From Cenococcum geophilum (lineage: Eukaryota), in the NCBI GenBank assembly GCA_050273025.1, contig CP158635.1:248001-312000 (forward strand): a stretch of 64,000 nucleotides of DNA, given 5' to 3'. The notes beneath the pieces are model-generated. The model saw nothing but the letters and a program-made list of their open reading frames with translations, did no database searches and had not been told where the DNA came from. Within the stretch, counting starts at the first letter, position 1, and every line of letters starts with the position of its first letter. This document shows, in pieces, positions 37,455 to 51,100 of the stretch. The position numbers and the translations under genes are program-made.

Positions 37455-39964
37455 CTAGCGATACCTCTTAATTGGATGCCATACGCTATATATAAGGGCT
37501 ACGTAATTTTTAAAATACTTAAGTCCTTTAATCCACTTTAAGTAATAAAGATGCTTATAGTAGAACCCTTACCTAAACACTCCTTCTATAATATAATTAT
37601 TAAGATACTTTAATAGTGTATCCTTCTTTATAAATAGGCGGGTCTGCCTTAGTATTAAGAGTTAGTTATTACCGATATAGATAAGGTAAATAAGATTAGT
37701 AAATGTTATAGAATACAGCAGCTGTATCTTCCTTAATTAGGACCGCGCTCCGCGTCTTATTTAGGTTTTTTTTAAAAAGGCAAGTCTAAGCTAATCTATT
37801 CTTCTACCGCTTTGCCTATTAATAGGTACTAGTATTAGCATTACTTACACCTCTTTTTACGCCTATTATACTTTAATCTACTTTAAACCTAAGTTAAAAT
37901 CTAATAGCCTTGCTTAGGATCCCATTCTACTAACTCTCTTATTAATTATAATACTTAACAAGATTGCGGATAAACTTTATATAGAATAACTTAGCGTATC
38001 CTTCTTTAAGCTTATTTAGCGGCTAAGACAGTAGTTTAGCAATAGCAGCACGTTTATAAAATTTATACTATACAGCTAAACAGGTAGGAATTTCCGTCTC
38101 ATCGCTACTACTAAGCTATCTTTTAATATTGTAATTATTAATAGTGTTATAAAAATTAAGAATAACCTAGTCCTCTTTTTGTTTACGTAGGACGTTTATA
38201 ACACTATAAAGTTTGCATTTAGCTTTATTATAACAGTTATATAGTTTTTTTCCCTTCGCGGTATTAATAGGGTAATATCCCCAGCTCCTAATCTTTTGCT
38301 TATATTGCTCTTATTTTTCGTAAAACTGCATAATATTAGGGTGTTAATTAAGTTTTAGCTAGAATTTAAGCTTCTACTTATTAGTTAGACCTATAGGGGC
38401 CCGCTTATCCCTTAAAATCCCTATCTATACGGTATATTAAATAAGGTTGTTCTATAATAAAGTCCTAAAGTAAATTAACTAGAAATTTCGCTTAATTAAA
38501 TTAGGTAAATAAAACCGTTAGTAGGTATTACCATAATAACATATTATCTAATTTCGCTCTTCTAAAGTAAGGGCGCCTAGAAAACTTAGTTAATATATAT
38601 ACTTATATTAAATTAGATACTTACTATTTAATTTCCTTTTAAACGCTTATTATAACTAGTAAAGTTTAAGCGATTATTTAAACCTGGCTACTAGGCCTAA
38701 CTATATATAGTAATCGCGGCATTTCTAGTAAGCGAATGCTTTAGTATCCGATACTCCCCTATAACTAGCCATTGTCTTAATATCTTAAAAGATGGGTCGT
38801 TTCACTATCTCCTTCTTAAGCTTTTCTTTAAGACTCTCTTTTTTTCGCTAGGATTTTAAGTTAAAAAATCTCCCCCGGTAAAATATAATGGCGTTAAAAT
38901 ATATTATCCGCAATAGTAAGGCTTATAAGATAGAATAGGATATAAAAAGCTAGAATGCTTTTAAGATGGAAAATAAACCTCTTACTATAGGTCTACTAGC
39001 GCTATTCGCGCCATCTTTAATTAACGTCGCTATATACCATCTGTCTATGCCTCTAGAATTCTTAATATATATAAGACTTACGAGCGCAATAGTTATAGTT
39101 TAATTAAAGTTTTTCGTATCGCGAACTTTTAGGATTGTAATATATTTATATAAAAGCGCTTTATTAGAGCCTCTTACGCTTAAACTTTTAATAAAAGCTT
39201 AGGGTCTTATTGCCGTAGCACTAAAGAAAAGGAGGATTGCTCCTATCTACACTTAAAAACGACTATAGTAAGGCTTTACGTCCATTGTTTAATAGGCATT
39301 AATAATTATATACAAGTCCTATATATATATTGCCTCCTTTTCTTTCTCTAACGTGTCCAGCTTATATCTTAGCGTTAAGTAGATTAAAATCCACTGTAAC
39401 AAATTAGCTAGGTTTTTTTTTTTAAGAATTAAAGATTACCTGTATTTTGTATATTAAGTTCTACACTATTATTTATACTGTGGCCTACTACATCTATAAA
39501 TTTACATAGTATTCGTCTTTAGTACGCCTAGATTATACTTTTCTTTTTAATTTAAGAATTCTTTACGCGCTATTTAAGGTATGTTTTAAATATATCGGCT
39601 ATATACTAATAAAGGGCCTTGGTTGGGTTAGACTTAACTTTTAGGTAAAACCTAAATATAAATTTTTAGTATTATAAGGTAAATTTTTATTTAAATACAA
39701 GCGAACTTTTTTTTATTTTAAAACTTATACTTAACAAAAGAAGTAGACCAGGGCTTCCATTTTAACTTCGCCCTTCCTTAATCCTTATAATATACAATCC
39801 TCTATTATAAATATTCCCCCCTTAGAATTGGCGTCTTCCCTAGCTCTAGAGTTAGAGTTTAAATCTAAGTCTAAAGCTGGCTTAAAATAAGACGGCTTGC
39901 CTAGTTTAGAGTCTAAGCTAAAGGCTAGATCTATATTTTACCATTTCTTACTTTAAGAGGGCAT
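37455..39964 (-). pseudogene. DUF3435-type tyrosine recombinase (Starship captain-like), RIP-inactivated, about 4 introns
   Basis: Manual minus-strand translation with RIP reversed gives an acidic N-terminus, then FKTYLEWRVKNSRIKKES, YELDTSEKEKEAMY, ATA.RP.A.IES, LELYQLRRAS, GALT.EERNQIMCH.GDTY.RFY, NFQSIYFG, RDKRAPTGLT and C-terminal HFKNHAALVHGV. These are motifs I recognise from fungal DUF3435 proteins. GT-AG introns at ~39653-39706, 39394-39439, 38985-39037 and 38577-38624. Confidence 0.82.
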
Positions 39965-42900
39965 GGTGGTTAAACGCGTAATATCTTAGTACTTTAGTAG
40001 CTATAATTGCCTACACGCAGAAGCTAGCTTAAGAGTGACTACTGTTAATAGGAACGCTAAAAAAGGCTCTATAGGAGATTGGCGTTCTTAAAAGCGGGAT
40101 AAGGTAAAAAACCCTATAGGTAAAAACCTAGAAATTAAGTATTAGAAGTAAACAATATAATAATAGGGGAAATATATATATATAGCTACTATGGGAAAAG
40201 GGTTAAAGGAGCATAGTGTAGAAGGGAGGTTTTATTATATAAGGGTAGTGCTTTTAGCGGAGGATAAGGATAAAAGTAGGCGGCGGACGTCTATAGCTTT
40301 TTAAATAACGTTAGCCGCTAAGGGACGTTTAGGGAGCTTTAAGAGGTACATTATAGGGCTATATGCGCAATTCTAGGTTTAATAGGTAAGTAAGGGAGAC
40401 CCTACTATCCTTAGCATACTTAGTATATTATAAAAGCGGTAATAGATATAGGTTTAAGCGAGGAGAAACTACCTCCTAAAACGGGGGAGAGGAACCTCTA
40501 AATCCGGCTACGTCTTCCCCAATAACAAGATTCTTAAAGTAATATCTAAGTATTAAAATCTAAAACGGTTTAGCGGTATAAATATAATATCTGCTATTAC
40601 TCGTTACTATATAGTAGACTCCTATATAGGGTATATTACTTCTCCTTCCTATTTTATTTATCGCTCCTAATATTATAGGTATAACTTAATATACTATAAT
40701 ATCTAATCCTATAGCCCTACCTACTAGTATTAATTTAAGATTCTTTAATATGTTCCCTTTTATTTATAATATCCGCTTTAATTATAAAGGCTTTAAAAAA
40801 AAAGCAACTTGGAAATTATAAGGTAATAATATAATGCTTAACTAAGTGCTTCCTATAATAGGTATTTTAATTAAGTATATAAATAGGGCTTTAGTACGTC
40901 TATTATTATGGCTTATATAAATGCCTTATTACGAAATAAGGGTAGTAGCTATAGAGCGTATATATTTAAGGAGTTTATAAAACGTTACGTAATTAATCAT
41001 AAGGGTTAAGGGTGTAAGGAGGTAATATACCTACGCGTAGCTGATATAAGCTATACGTAAGGTATACGCAAAAGCACGGGGCTCTCCTATAGAGGCCCCT
41101 GCGGTAGGGTTCTATAATACTACCCCCCCTTCTATAGAGGCGGAGCTCCGGCGACGCTGTAGTTACTATATATATATAGAAGGGACACTTAAGGTATAGA
41201 AAAGAAGAAAGGGGGGTATTACTAAAGGTTTTAAAATAATGTTATATAATAAGGCTTGGCATCTAAGAATCTAACCAATTAGATAACTTTAACCGCCGGT
41301 TAAAGTTCCTAAATATCTTAACGATATTCTAGACACATAATCGCACTTTACTGCAATTTAACGGCAATTTAACAGTAATTTGCCCTTACGTGGCAATATA
41401 TAACGGTTTAACTCTATATAGGCTTCTATAGAGGATTAGGTATAAAATCTCTACTTAGGCCCAGTTTCTATAGGTTCGCGTAATAAAAGTTGCTAATTAA
41501 ATCCTTTGCATTTTTAAAGTCTTCCTATAGTTACCATTCTGGCTAATCTATATTAAATCCTGTGTATATAGCTCTATAGTAGAGCCATTATCCTCTACCT
41601 TTACTAAAGTATTTAGAGTTAATAATTTATTTAACAGTCTACTTCTTATAGTTCTTATCTTTATTCTTATCTTGGATTAGTACTAATAGGGGTTTAGGCT
41701 ATATTTACCCTAGTAAGGGGTTAGGCTAATAGAGGTATAATAGCTATAGGTAAAATATAGGCTATATCCCGTAGATAGCTAGGGTAGGTAAAAGTTTTAG
41801 CTTATATACGGCTCCCCTATTAATAACTTATTTAATTAAATAGGGGCTAAGGTTTTTATAATTAAGTGACTTTATAGGCCTCTGCGTAGAGATATTATAT
41901 ATATTTAGCTATACCTAGTTGCCAATATATATCTCCAGTAGTGGCGTTTTATAGCAGTTAATAAAGTAGGCCTACTTTGCTTAAGCCTAGGCCATTTCTC
42001 CCTTATAGTAGTTAAGTAGATTTTTTATACGGTCTGTATACTAGTCGGTAAGTAGTATTTTAAGGCGTTTTCTATATAGCAGCTTCTTATTAATAGGTTT
42101 TAGTAGCTCTATACCGGATTAGGGGTAATAACCCTTATTTACAAAGAACGGGGTAAGTCCTATAGTGGTTAAGACGTAGTTATTCACTATAAATTTACCT
42201 AGTAGGAGGTAATCTACCTAGTTATCTTAACTAGAGGCGACTACCTATTATAGGTACGCTTTTATACTAGTATTAGCGTTTTCCGGTTACCTAGTAGTTT
42301 TATAGTAAAAGGATATAGATATCTTAACGGAGATACTAAAGTATTAGTAGATTTGTCTCTATATATTAGAGTTAAATTATATACCTTAGTTAGACGTAAT
42401 TAAGTTAGGTAACCTATATAGTCAGTAAACTTTATAGAGAAAGGCGTTAGTAATATCGCTAACAGCTACACCTTTAGATGGGATATAGTGGCGCTCTTTT
42501 ATAAGTCGGCATATTATTATAAGGATGTTCTTATAGGTACAGCCATATCGTTTATAGGGTGGTAGGTTAATAATAAAATCTATAGTAATATCTGCCCATT
42601 ATTATATAAGTACTAGTAAAGGGTATAGTAGTCCTTAGTATTTTATATTAAAGGCCTTAGCGCGCTTATAACTATAGCAGGCGCCTATAAAGTATTTAAC
42701 TAAGTTTATTATTTTTAGCTAGAAGTAATATCGGCTAAGAAGCTTATAGGTTCCTTCTCTACCTAAATAGCCACTTAATTAGAGGTTATAGGCCATTTAA
42801 ATTAGTTACCGTTGTAGATTTTTTAAGTTAGGGATAAATAGGCAACCTTTATAATGGAGCCTGTTCTCTTTTACTTTTAAGGCTGCTATATTAATCTAGC

Positions 42901-43379
42901 CTAAGCTTTAGAGGTTAGTAGGTAGCGTATTACGGCACTAGCAGAAAACGGTAGAACTTAGTAGTAGAACTTGGCAGAACTTTGCGGTTACGTAACTAGA
43001 GGACCATATAAAAGAACCCTACTTTAACCGGCGCTGCTCTTCTTCTCCTTTCCTTTCTCTAGCTTTATATTTTCGTTTATAGACAATCTAATTATATAGG
43101 CTTACGCGACCCCCTTGCCGTGCTTATATCTTAATTAATTAAGTCGCTAACATTATCTAAAGCTTTAACCACCCTTTCTTCCTAAGAAGGAACTTAAGAA
43201 AATATCTATAGGACTATAAATAGGACAAGGACACAGAACAGGACCCTAAGGACATTACTAGAACTACAAGAATAGGACTAAAAGAAAAAGGATAAAACCT
43301 TAAGGAAAGGACCTATAAGACACGCACAGACTAGAACCCCTAAAGAAATTACCTAAAATTACCTAATACCCCTACTACT

Positions 43380-44328
43380 ATGCCACAAAACATAGTGGTA
43401 GGTAAAGCAGCTATAGGACCCGTAAACGCCTTAGACAAAGAAATAATTAACGTTTTAACCCCTTAGGCGGAGCTTACCGCAGCTAATACCGAAATTAAAC
43501 GGCTGCGAGAACTGCTCAAAACTAGAGACACCCCTATATCTAGCATTAACCTATTAAATAGACTTGCTACGGTCCTTAAAGCCCTAGCCTAACGTACTAT
43601 ATTAGCATTATCGCGGTCCGCGAAAGTCGTAGACCCCCCATTACTTATAGACGGGGCCGACCCTATATTTAATAATTAGAAGCTTTAATTATAGGATAAG
43701 CTCAAAGTTAATACGGACCACTTCCTTACCACTTAAGCTAAAATGGCCTACGTCTTTGGCTGTACTAGCGGAGATATATAGATACACCTACGTCCGCGAT
43801 ACGCCTAGGACTTAATAAAACCCTTCCTCTCTAAGGAAAAAATAACTAACTACCTACCCTCTATCTATAAGGACCCTTTTAGGGTATAAAACGCCTACCT
43901 TAGCTATAAAAGTCTAAATATAAAAATAACGGAGACCTTTTCGGCCTTCTAGACCCGCTTTTTATACCTAGCCAGATAAGCCTAGATTCCCTAAAAAGAC
44001 CTATTACCAGACCTCTTTAATAAGCTTACCCTAAACCTATAGCGGGCCGTACTACTAGCTTTTACTACTATATAGACGTTAAAAGAACTTACGGACTACT
44101 GCCTAGCTATTAATTAAGGCCTCCGTTAAATTAAGGTATAAGCTAACTAGATAAAGGCTAGGAATCCCTTAAATTAAGCTATAAGGAATATAAGAACGGC
44201 CCGTAATACCCTAGTATAACCCATAACGCCTACTATACCGGCCGCTAACCTAGCAACTAGTTATATAGCTAGCCCTACTATAGGCTAAGCGCTTACTCGG
44301 CCTACCTATAGCGACCCCTATATATAGG
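43380..44328 (+). pseudogene. gag: gag relic of element E (5' part; resumes at 55567-55703 with the CCHC knuckle)
   Basis: ATG at 43380; DPPLL.DG.DP and KMAYVF motifs; after the G1 insertion, CFLCG.KGH...NCP at ~55587-55630. Confidence 0.8.
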
Positions 44329-47300
44329 TATCAGATAGTCTATATTCTCGGTGGCGTAGGACGTGCACTGGTTACGTATACGGGTCACGTATATTGTAAA
44401 TATCTTTGTCTAAGCCAGGGGCCCTAGGTCAAGACATAATTAAGATCATTAATTAATCAACCTATTTTTATCAATAAATAGCTCTATATAAACTATCTAA
44501 CAGTTATAAGCCCGGTCCGCCGACTTAAGAAGCTATTCAGCTATTAATCAATTATTTAAAGAAATTTTACCTCATCGTCAGACTCTAACACCTCATCGTC
44601 AGGACGCAGACTCTAACAGAAATCCTACCTCAATTGTCACAGCATAAGATTCCATGAGATTCCACGAGATTCCACAAGACTCCACCTCAATCGTTAAAGG
44701 ATAATCCTAACGATAAGGACGATCCTAATAATAAGGACGATTTTGCGATAAGGACAATCCTAACAACGAATTCCATCTTAATTCCCATCTGCCTATTAGT
44801 CAAATGACTCTACTAACGTCGAGTTTATCTACTACAATTATCCTTAATAAGCTAGAAGACTGGGAGTAATAAATCTGGCAACTATAAGCCCTTATAGATA
44901 AACAAATTTGGGCCTATATTAACCCAGATAAGGAAGTACCTTAACGAGGTCTACTATAAGAACTACCCTATCTAGAAGTTATAGATTTTAATAAGAATGC
45001 AACCTTATATACACAGCTCTCGACAAATCAATAGAGGGTGTACAAGAACAGCAGATAATACTACGACTAGGATATAAAGTATTTCCTAAAACAAGAAGAG
45101 CACCTTTAAAAGATTCGCACCCAAATTACGTCTATAGTATTGATTTAGAAGAAGCTACTACTTGACCCTTCTCTTACAGTTAAGGAATGGATATCTCGGT
45201 TAAAGGAGAATATAAAACCTACTTCGTCGTTTATTAGGAAAAATATACAACACTAGTATATAGAAGCTCTTAAGGGGTTTAAACACTTATTAAAATTAAA
45301 TTAGTGGTTAGATTAATAGGAACATATAATAGTACTAGGAGAGAAGTATAAGATCCCTTAAATATCTGATAGAATCTGCCTATAAGAATTAGCAGAAGTC
45401 GTTTAACCCTTTAGCGACGCCTACTATATAAAGTATACTACCAAGTTAAATAACCCTTAGAAGTCAAGATCTTCCAAATACCGCAGAGTAGCAAAGGAGC
45501 TATAAGAAGGACTTAGAATACCCTTAAAGAAAGCCAATACTACTATAAGAGGGAGTACCTTTAATGTAGACTTCGCAGAGCAAGCTATAATGGATTACTT
45601 TAATACTACTAAAGGTCTAGGGAAAGGAACCTTAGCATATACTAGACGCTCGAAGAGAGCCAGGTCACTAGTAGATAAGGAGACGTCCCATAAGAAGCTA
45701 CTACCTATATACTTAGCGTGCGAGAAACAAGGACATTCCCTATAGGACTATTAGTATTTATTTAAAAACAAAAGACTCAAAGGAGTTACGATCGGAGATA
45801 CTTATATTAAAATGGTGCTAAAGAAGGTAGAAAAGAATAAGGATTTCGCTAACTAAGTTATAAAGGTCAGACTTAAAGAATAGGAAGATAAGGCTTAATA
45901 ACAACAGGATAAGAGTTAGGAAGTTAAGATTAAGGGAAAAGCTAATACAATATTCCTAGAATCGTATTACACAGGTTAAATCCATCCACTAAAGCTATTA
46001 ACTATTCTTAACTTAGGAACCACTCTCTATATCTTTAATAACTTCTCTTGTTTCTATAACTTTAGGAAAGCTCTAAGACTTAAATATATTATCGCCGGTA
46101 GCTTAGAAGTGCCTATATTAGGCTATAGCAATATTACTATTTAAGTTATAAAACTAGATAAAAGCAAGGGAATCCTACGTCTTAAGGACGTTACCTTTTA
46201 TACGGACTTTAATATAAATCTAGTGTCGTTCCGTTTACTTTAAAAATGAGGGTACTACTAGAACAATAAAGGAGAGAATAATCTTCTAGTTTAAAAGGAT
46301 AACTTAGTCCTATATTAAATGGAAGAACGTTATAAATAATAGACTATTAAATACGTCTGACTAAGAAGTCTATTAGCGTTTAATATAAGCCGACTACTAT
46401 ACTAAAGAAAGCGCAGAGCATCGTTAAGAGACGCTTGTTTAGATTTAAAAGGAGATATATATTTATAGTATTTCCGTTTAGGTTATCCAGGACCTATAAG
46501 CCTTTATTATTTAAGTCTTAACGCCTTAAAAATTAAGCTTTAAGGCCTAAAGATAACGGAATATTAATATTGCAGCCTCGCTAAAATTAAGCGTTAGGTC
46601 TTATAAAGGTTCCTAAAATAGAAAATTAATAAACTCTATCTTAACCTCTATATTAACTAAACTAACCTTAAGGAAGCGCATGCTGGATTCGTATAAGTTA
46701 TACTTATCTATAACACTTTCTTAGGAAGATCCTTCCCATATTTTATAACGACGTATAGTAAGGAAAAGGAGACACTATAAGTGCTTAAAGATTTCATTTA
46801 GTAAATTCGTCTAAGGTATAACCTTAAGGTTAATACTATTAAATCAGATAATAAGCTAGGGAGAAGGAGAACCCTTAAATAGCTACGGACTTAAGGGATT
46901 ATATTTAAGCCTTCGGCGCTATATACCTAAGCTTAAAATAGTACCGCTAAACGCTTAGGGGGTATAATTATTAAGAGAGCATAAGTAATAAGAATTGCTG
47001 CTAATCTACTACACAATCTATGGAACGAGATAGTTAACTATATAGTCTACCTTTAAGATTAAACACTACGGGAAAGTAATAGATGAAAATCGCTATATAA
47101 GAGGTTTTATACCTTCTTAGCTAATAAAAGACTAAGAAAACCACAACTAGCGCACCTAAAAGCCTACGGCTGTAGGGTGTACGCGATAACATCAGACGCC
47201 TAGCTAAAGAAGAAAAGGCTAAGTAAGCTAGATCCGCGAGCCTATATTAGCTATCTCGTCGGCTATAACTCTACTAATATCTATAGGATCTAGATCCCAT

Positions 47301-47946
47301 ATAAGGGTATCGTTATCTCTACTAGGGACGTTATCTTTAATAAAAAGATGTTCTTTAATAGTAAGTAAATAAACATCTTAAAGAACCTATACGCTAAATT
47401 AGACACGCTAATTAAGGAGATTTAACTCCTTAATAACTAGACTAAGAATAAGGTCCTTTTAGAAGATAATAAAGAAGTATTTAAACCGTTAATTTAAGAG
47501 GAAGATAACGACGTTAATAAGCTAGTTTAAACCTTTAATAAGTTAGCAGACCTTAAGCTTATAAGAGCTCTTGAAGATATATATTATACGCTACCTCTAA
47601 TAAAAGAAGATGAAGAATCTGTTAGATAATCTGTATTCTCGGTGGCGTAAGACGTGCACGGGCCACGTGCACGGGTCACGTGTATTGTAAATATCTTCGT
47701 CTAAGCCCAGGGGCCCCAGGTCAAGCAACCATCAAGACACGATTAAGATCATCAATCAATCAACCCATTTCATCAATGAATAGCTCTATATAAGTTATCT
47801 GACAGTTATAAGCCCGGTCCGCCGACACAAGAAGCTATTTAGCTATTACTCAATCATTTGAAGAGATTCTACCTCATCGTCAGACTCTAACACCTCATCG
47901 TATCAAGACGACCCTGATTGAAATCCTACCTCAATTGTCACAGGAC

Positions 47947-48080
47947 GAGATTCCACGAGATTCCACGAGATTCCACGAGATTCCACGAGACTCTACCTCA
48001 ATCGTCAAAGGACGATCCTGACGACAAGGACGATCCTAACAACAAGGACAATCCTGCGACAAGGACGATCCTAACGACAA
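47947..48080 (+). repeat. 5'-leader tandem repeats of family G (10-bp GAGATTCCAC x4; 18-bp AAGGACGATCCTGACGAC x4); also at ~44645-44770
   Basis: Directly visible tandem units in both G1 and G2. Confidence 0.9.
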
Positions 48081-48118
48081 AAAATACCATCTCAATTCCC
48101 CCTTTACCTATCAGTCAA

Positions 48119-51100
48119 ATGACTCCACCGACTACCTCATTAAACACGATCATCCTTAATAAGTCAGAAGACTAGGAACAATGGCTATGGCAACTCCGAG
48201 CCCTCGTGGATCAGTAAATATGGGCCTACGTTAACCTAGCTATAGAAGCACCTTAAGAAGGTCTACTTAAAAAACCACCTTATCCAAAGGTTATAGATTT
48301 TAATGAGAATGCAACTATATATATATAGCTCTTGTCAAATTAATAGAGAGCGTATAAGAACAGTAGACAATACTATAACTAGGATATAAAGTACTTCCTA
48401 AAATAGGAAGAGCATCTATAATAGATACGCACCCAGATTACGACCATAGTATTAATTTAGAAGAAGCTACTGCTTAACCCTTCCTTAACAGTTAAAGAAT
48501 GGCTATCTTAACTAAAGGAGAACACAGAACCTACCTCGTCGTTTATTAGGAAGAAGGTATAACACTAATATATAAAAGCCCTTAAGGGGTTCAAACACTT
48601 ATTAAAATTAAATTAGTAGTTAGATTAATAGGAACACGTAATAATACTAAGAGAGAAGTATAAGATCCCTTAAATATCCGATAGAATCTGGCTTTAAGAT
48701 TTAGCAGAAGTTATTTAACCTTTTAGTAACGCCTACTATATAAAGTACACTACCGAGTTAAATAACCCGCAGAAGTTAAGATCTTCTAAATACCGCAGAG
48801 TAGTAAAGGAGCTATAGGAAGGACTTAGAACACCCTTAAAGAAAGCCAATACTACTATAAAAGGGAGTACCTTTAATGTAGACTTCGCAGAGCAAGCCAT
48901 TAAGGATTACTCTAATACTACTAAAGATTCACGAAGAGGAAGAGCCTTAGTACGCAATAGACGCTTAAAGAGAGCCGGGATATTAGTAGATAAGGAGACG
49001 TCCTATAAAAAGCTAACGCCTAAGTGCTTAGCGTGCGGAATACGAGGATACTCCCTACGGGACTATTGGTATTTATTTAAAGATAAGAGACCTATAGGAG
49101 TTATAATAGGAGATGCGCGCATTAATAGGGCACTAAAGAAGGTAGAAAAGAATAAGAATCTTACTAACTAAGTTGCGAAGATTAGACTTAAAGAATAGGA
49201 AAATAAGGCTTAACAATAACAGGATAAGAGTTAGGAAGTTAAGATTAAGGGAGAAGCTAATACAATATTCCTAGAATTGTATTATATAGGTTAAATCTAT
49301 CTACTAAAGCTATTAACTATTCTTAACTTAGGAACTACTCTTTATATCTTTAATAACCTTTCTTGTTTCTATAACTTTAGGAAAGCTTTAAGACTTAAAT
49401 ACGTTATCGCCGGTAGCTTAGAAGTGCCTATACTAGGCTATAGTAACGTTACTATCTAAGTTATAAAACTAGACAAGAGTAAGGGAATCCTACGTCTTAA
49501 GGACGTTGCCTTTTATACGGACTTTAATATAAATCTAGTGTCGTTCCGTCTACTTTAAAAATAAGAATACTACTAGGATAATAAAGAAGAGAACAATCTT
49601 CTAGTTTAAAAGGATAACTTAGTCCTATATTAAATGGAAGAACGTTATAAATAATAGACTATCGAATACGTCCGACTAGGAGGTCTATTAGCGTTTAATA
49701 TAAGCCAACTACTACGCTAATAGAAGCGCAGAGTATTATTAAGAGACGCTTGTCTAGATTTAAAAGGAGATATATATCTATAGTATCTGCGTCTAGGTTA
49801 TCTAGGACCTATAAGCCTTTATTATTTAGGTCTTAACGCCTTAAAAGTTAAGCTTTAAGGCCTAAAGATAACGGAATATTAATATTGCAGTCTCGCTAAA
49901 ATTAAGCGTTAGGTCTTAAGAAGGTTCTTAAAATAAAAGATTAATAAACCCTATTTTAACCTCTATATTAACTAAACTAACCTTAAGAAAGCGCATGCTA
50001 GATTTATACAAGTTATACTTATCTATAACACCTACTTAGGAAGATCCTTCCTATACTTTATAACGACGCATAGTAAGGAGAAGGAGACACTATAGGTGCT
50101 TAAAGATTTCGTTTAGTAGATTCGTCTAAGGTATAACCTTAAAGTTAATACTATTAGATTAGACAACGAGCTAGGGAAAAAAAGAACCTTTAAATAGCTA
50201 CGGACTTAAGGGATTATATTTAAGCCTTTAGCGCTATATACCTAAGCTTAGAACGGTACCGCCAAACGCTTAGGGGGTGTAATTATTTAGAGAGCACGAG
50301 TAATAAAAATTGCTGCTAATCTACTACACAACTTATGGAACGAGATAGTCGACTATATAGTTTACCTTTAAGATCGAACGCTACGGGAAAGTAACGGTTG
50401 GATATCGCTATATAAGAGGTTCTATACCTTCCTAGCCAATAAAAGATTAAGAAAGCCGCAACTAGCGCACCTAAAAGCCTACGGCTATAGGGCGTACGCG
50501 ATAACGTCGAACGCCTAGCTAAGGAAGAAAAGGCTAAGTAAGCTAAATCCGCGAGCCCATATTAGCTATCTTGTTGGCTATAACTCTACCAATATCTATA
50601 GGATCTAAATCCTATATAAGGGTATCGTCATCTCTATAAGGGATATTATCTTTAATAAAAAGATATTCTTTAACGGCAAGTAAACGGACATCTTAGAGGA
50701 CCTATACGCTAAATTAGATACACTAATTAAGAAGATTTAACTACTTAATACCTAGACTAAGAACGAGGTCCTTCTAGAAGACGATAAAGAAGTATTTAAA
50801 CTATCAATTTAAGAGAAAGACGACAACGTTAATAAGCTAGTTTAAGCCTTTAATAAGTTAGCAGATCTCGAGCTTGTAAGAGCTCTTAAAGATATATACT
50901 ATACACCACCTCCAATAAAAGAAGACGAAGAATCTCTATATGCCTTTTACGTTAAGTATCCTATAAAGTTAGATATATAAGGTACTGATTAAGACGTCGC
51001 TTATTAAGCAGGAGATGCGTTTAACACTTAGGGGGTGTCTAATAACTTAGTTAAAGACTCGTTTAAGGAAGCTAGCAATAATAGGTTTAAAGACTTTATT

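Noticed and set aside
40000..40850. Exact 5' boundary / direct repeat of the Starship-like element
   Set aside because: No boundary motif could be identified from a single RIPed copy.
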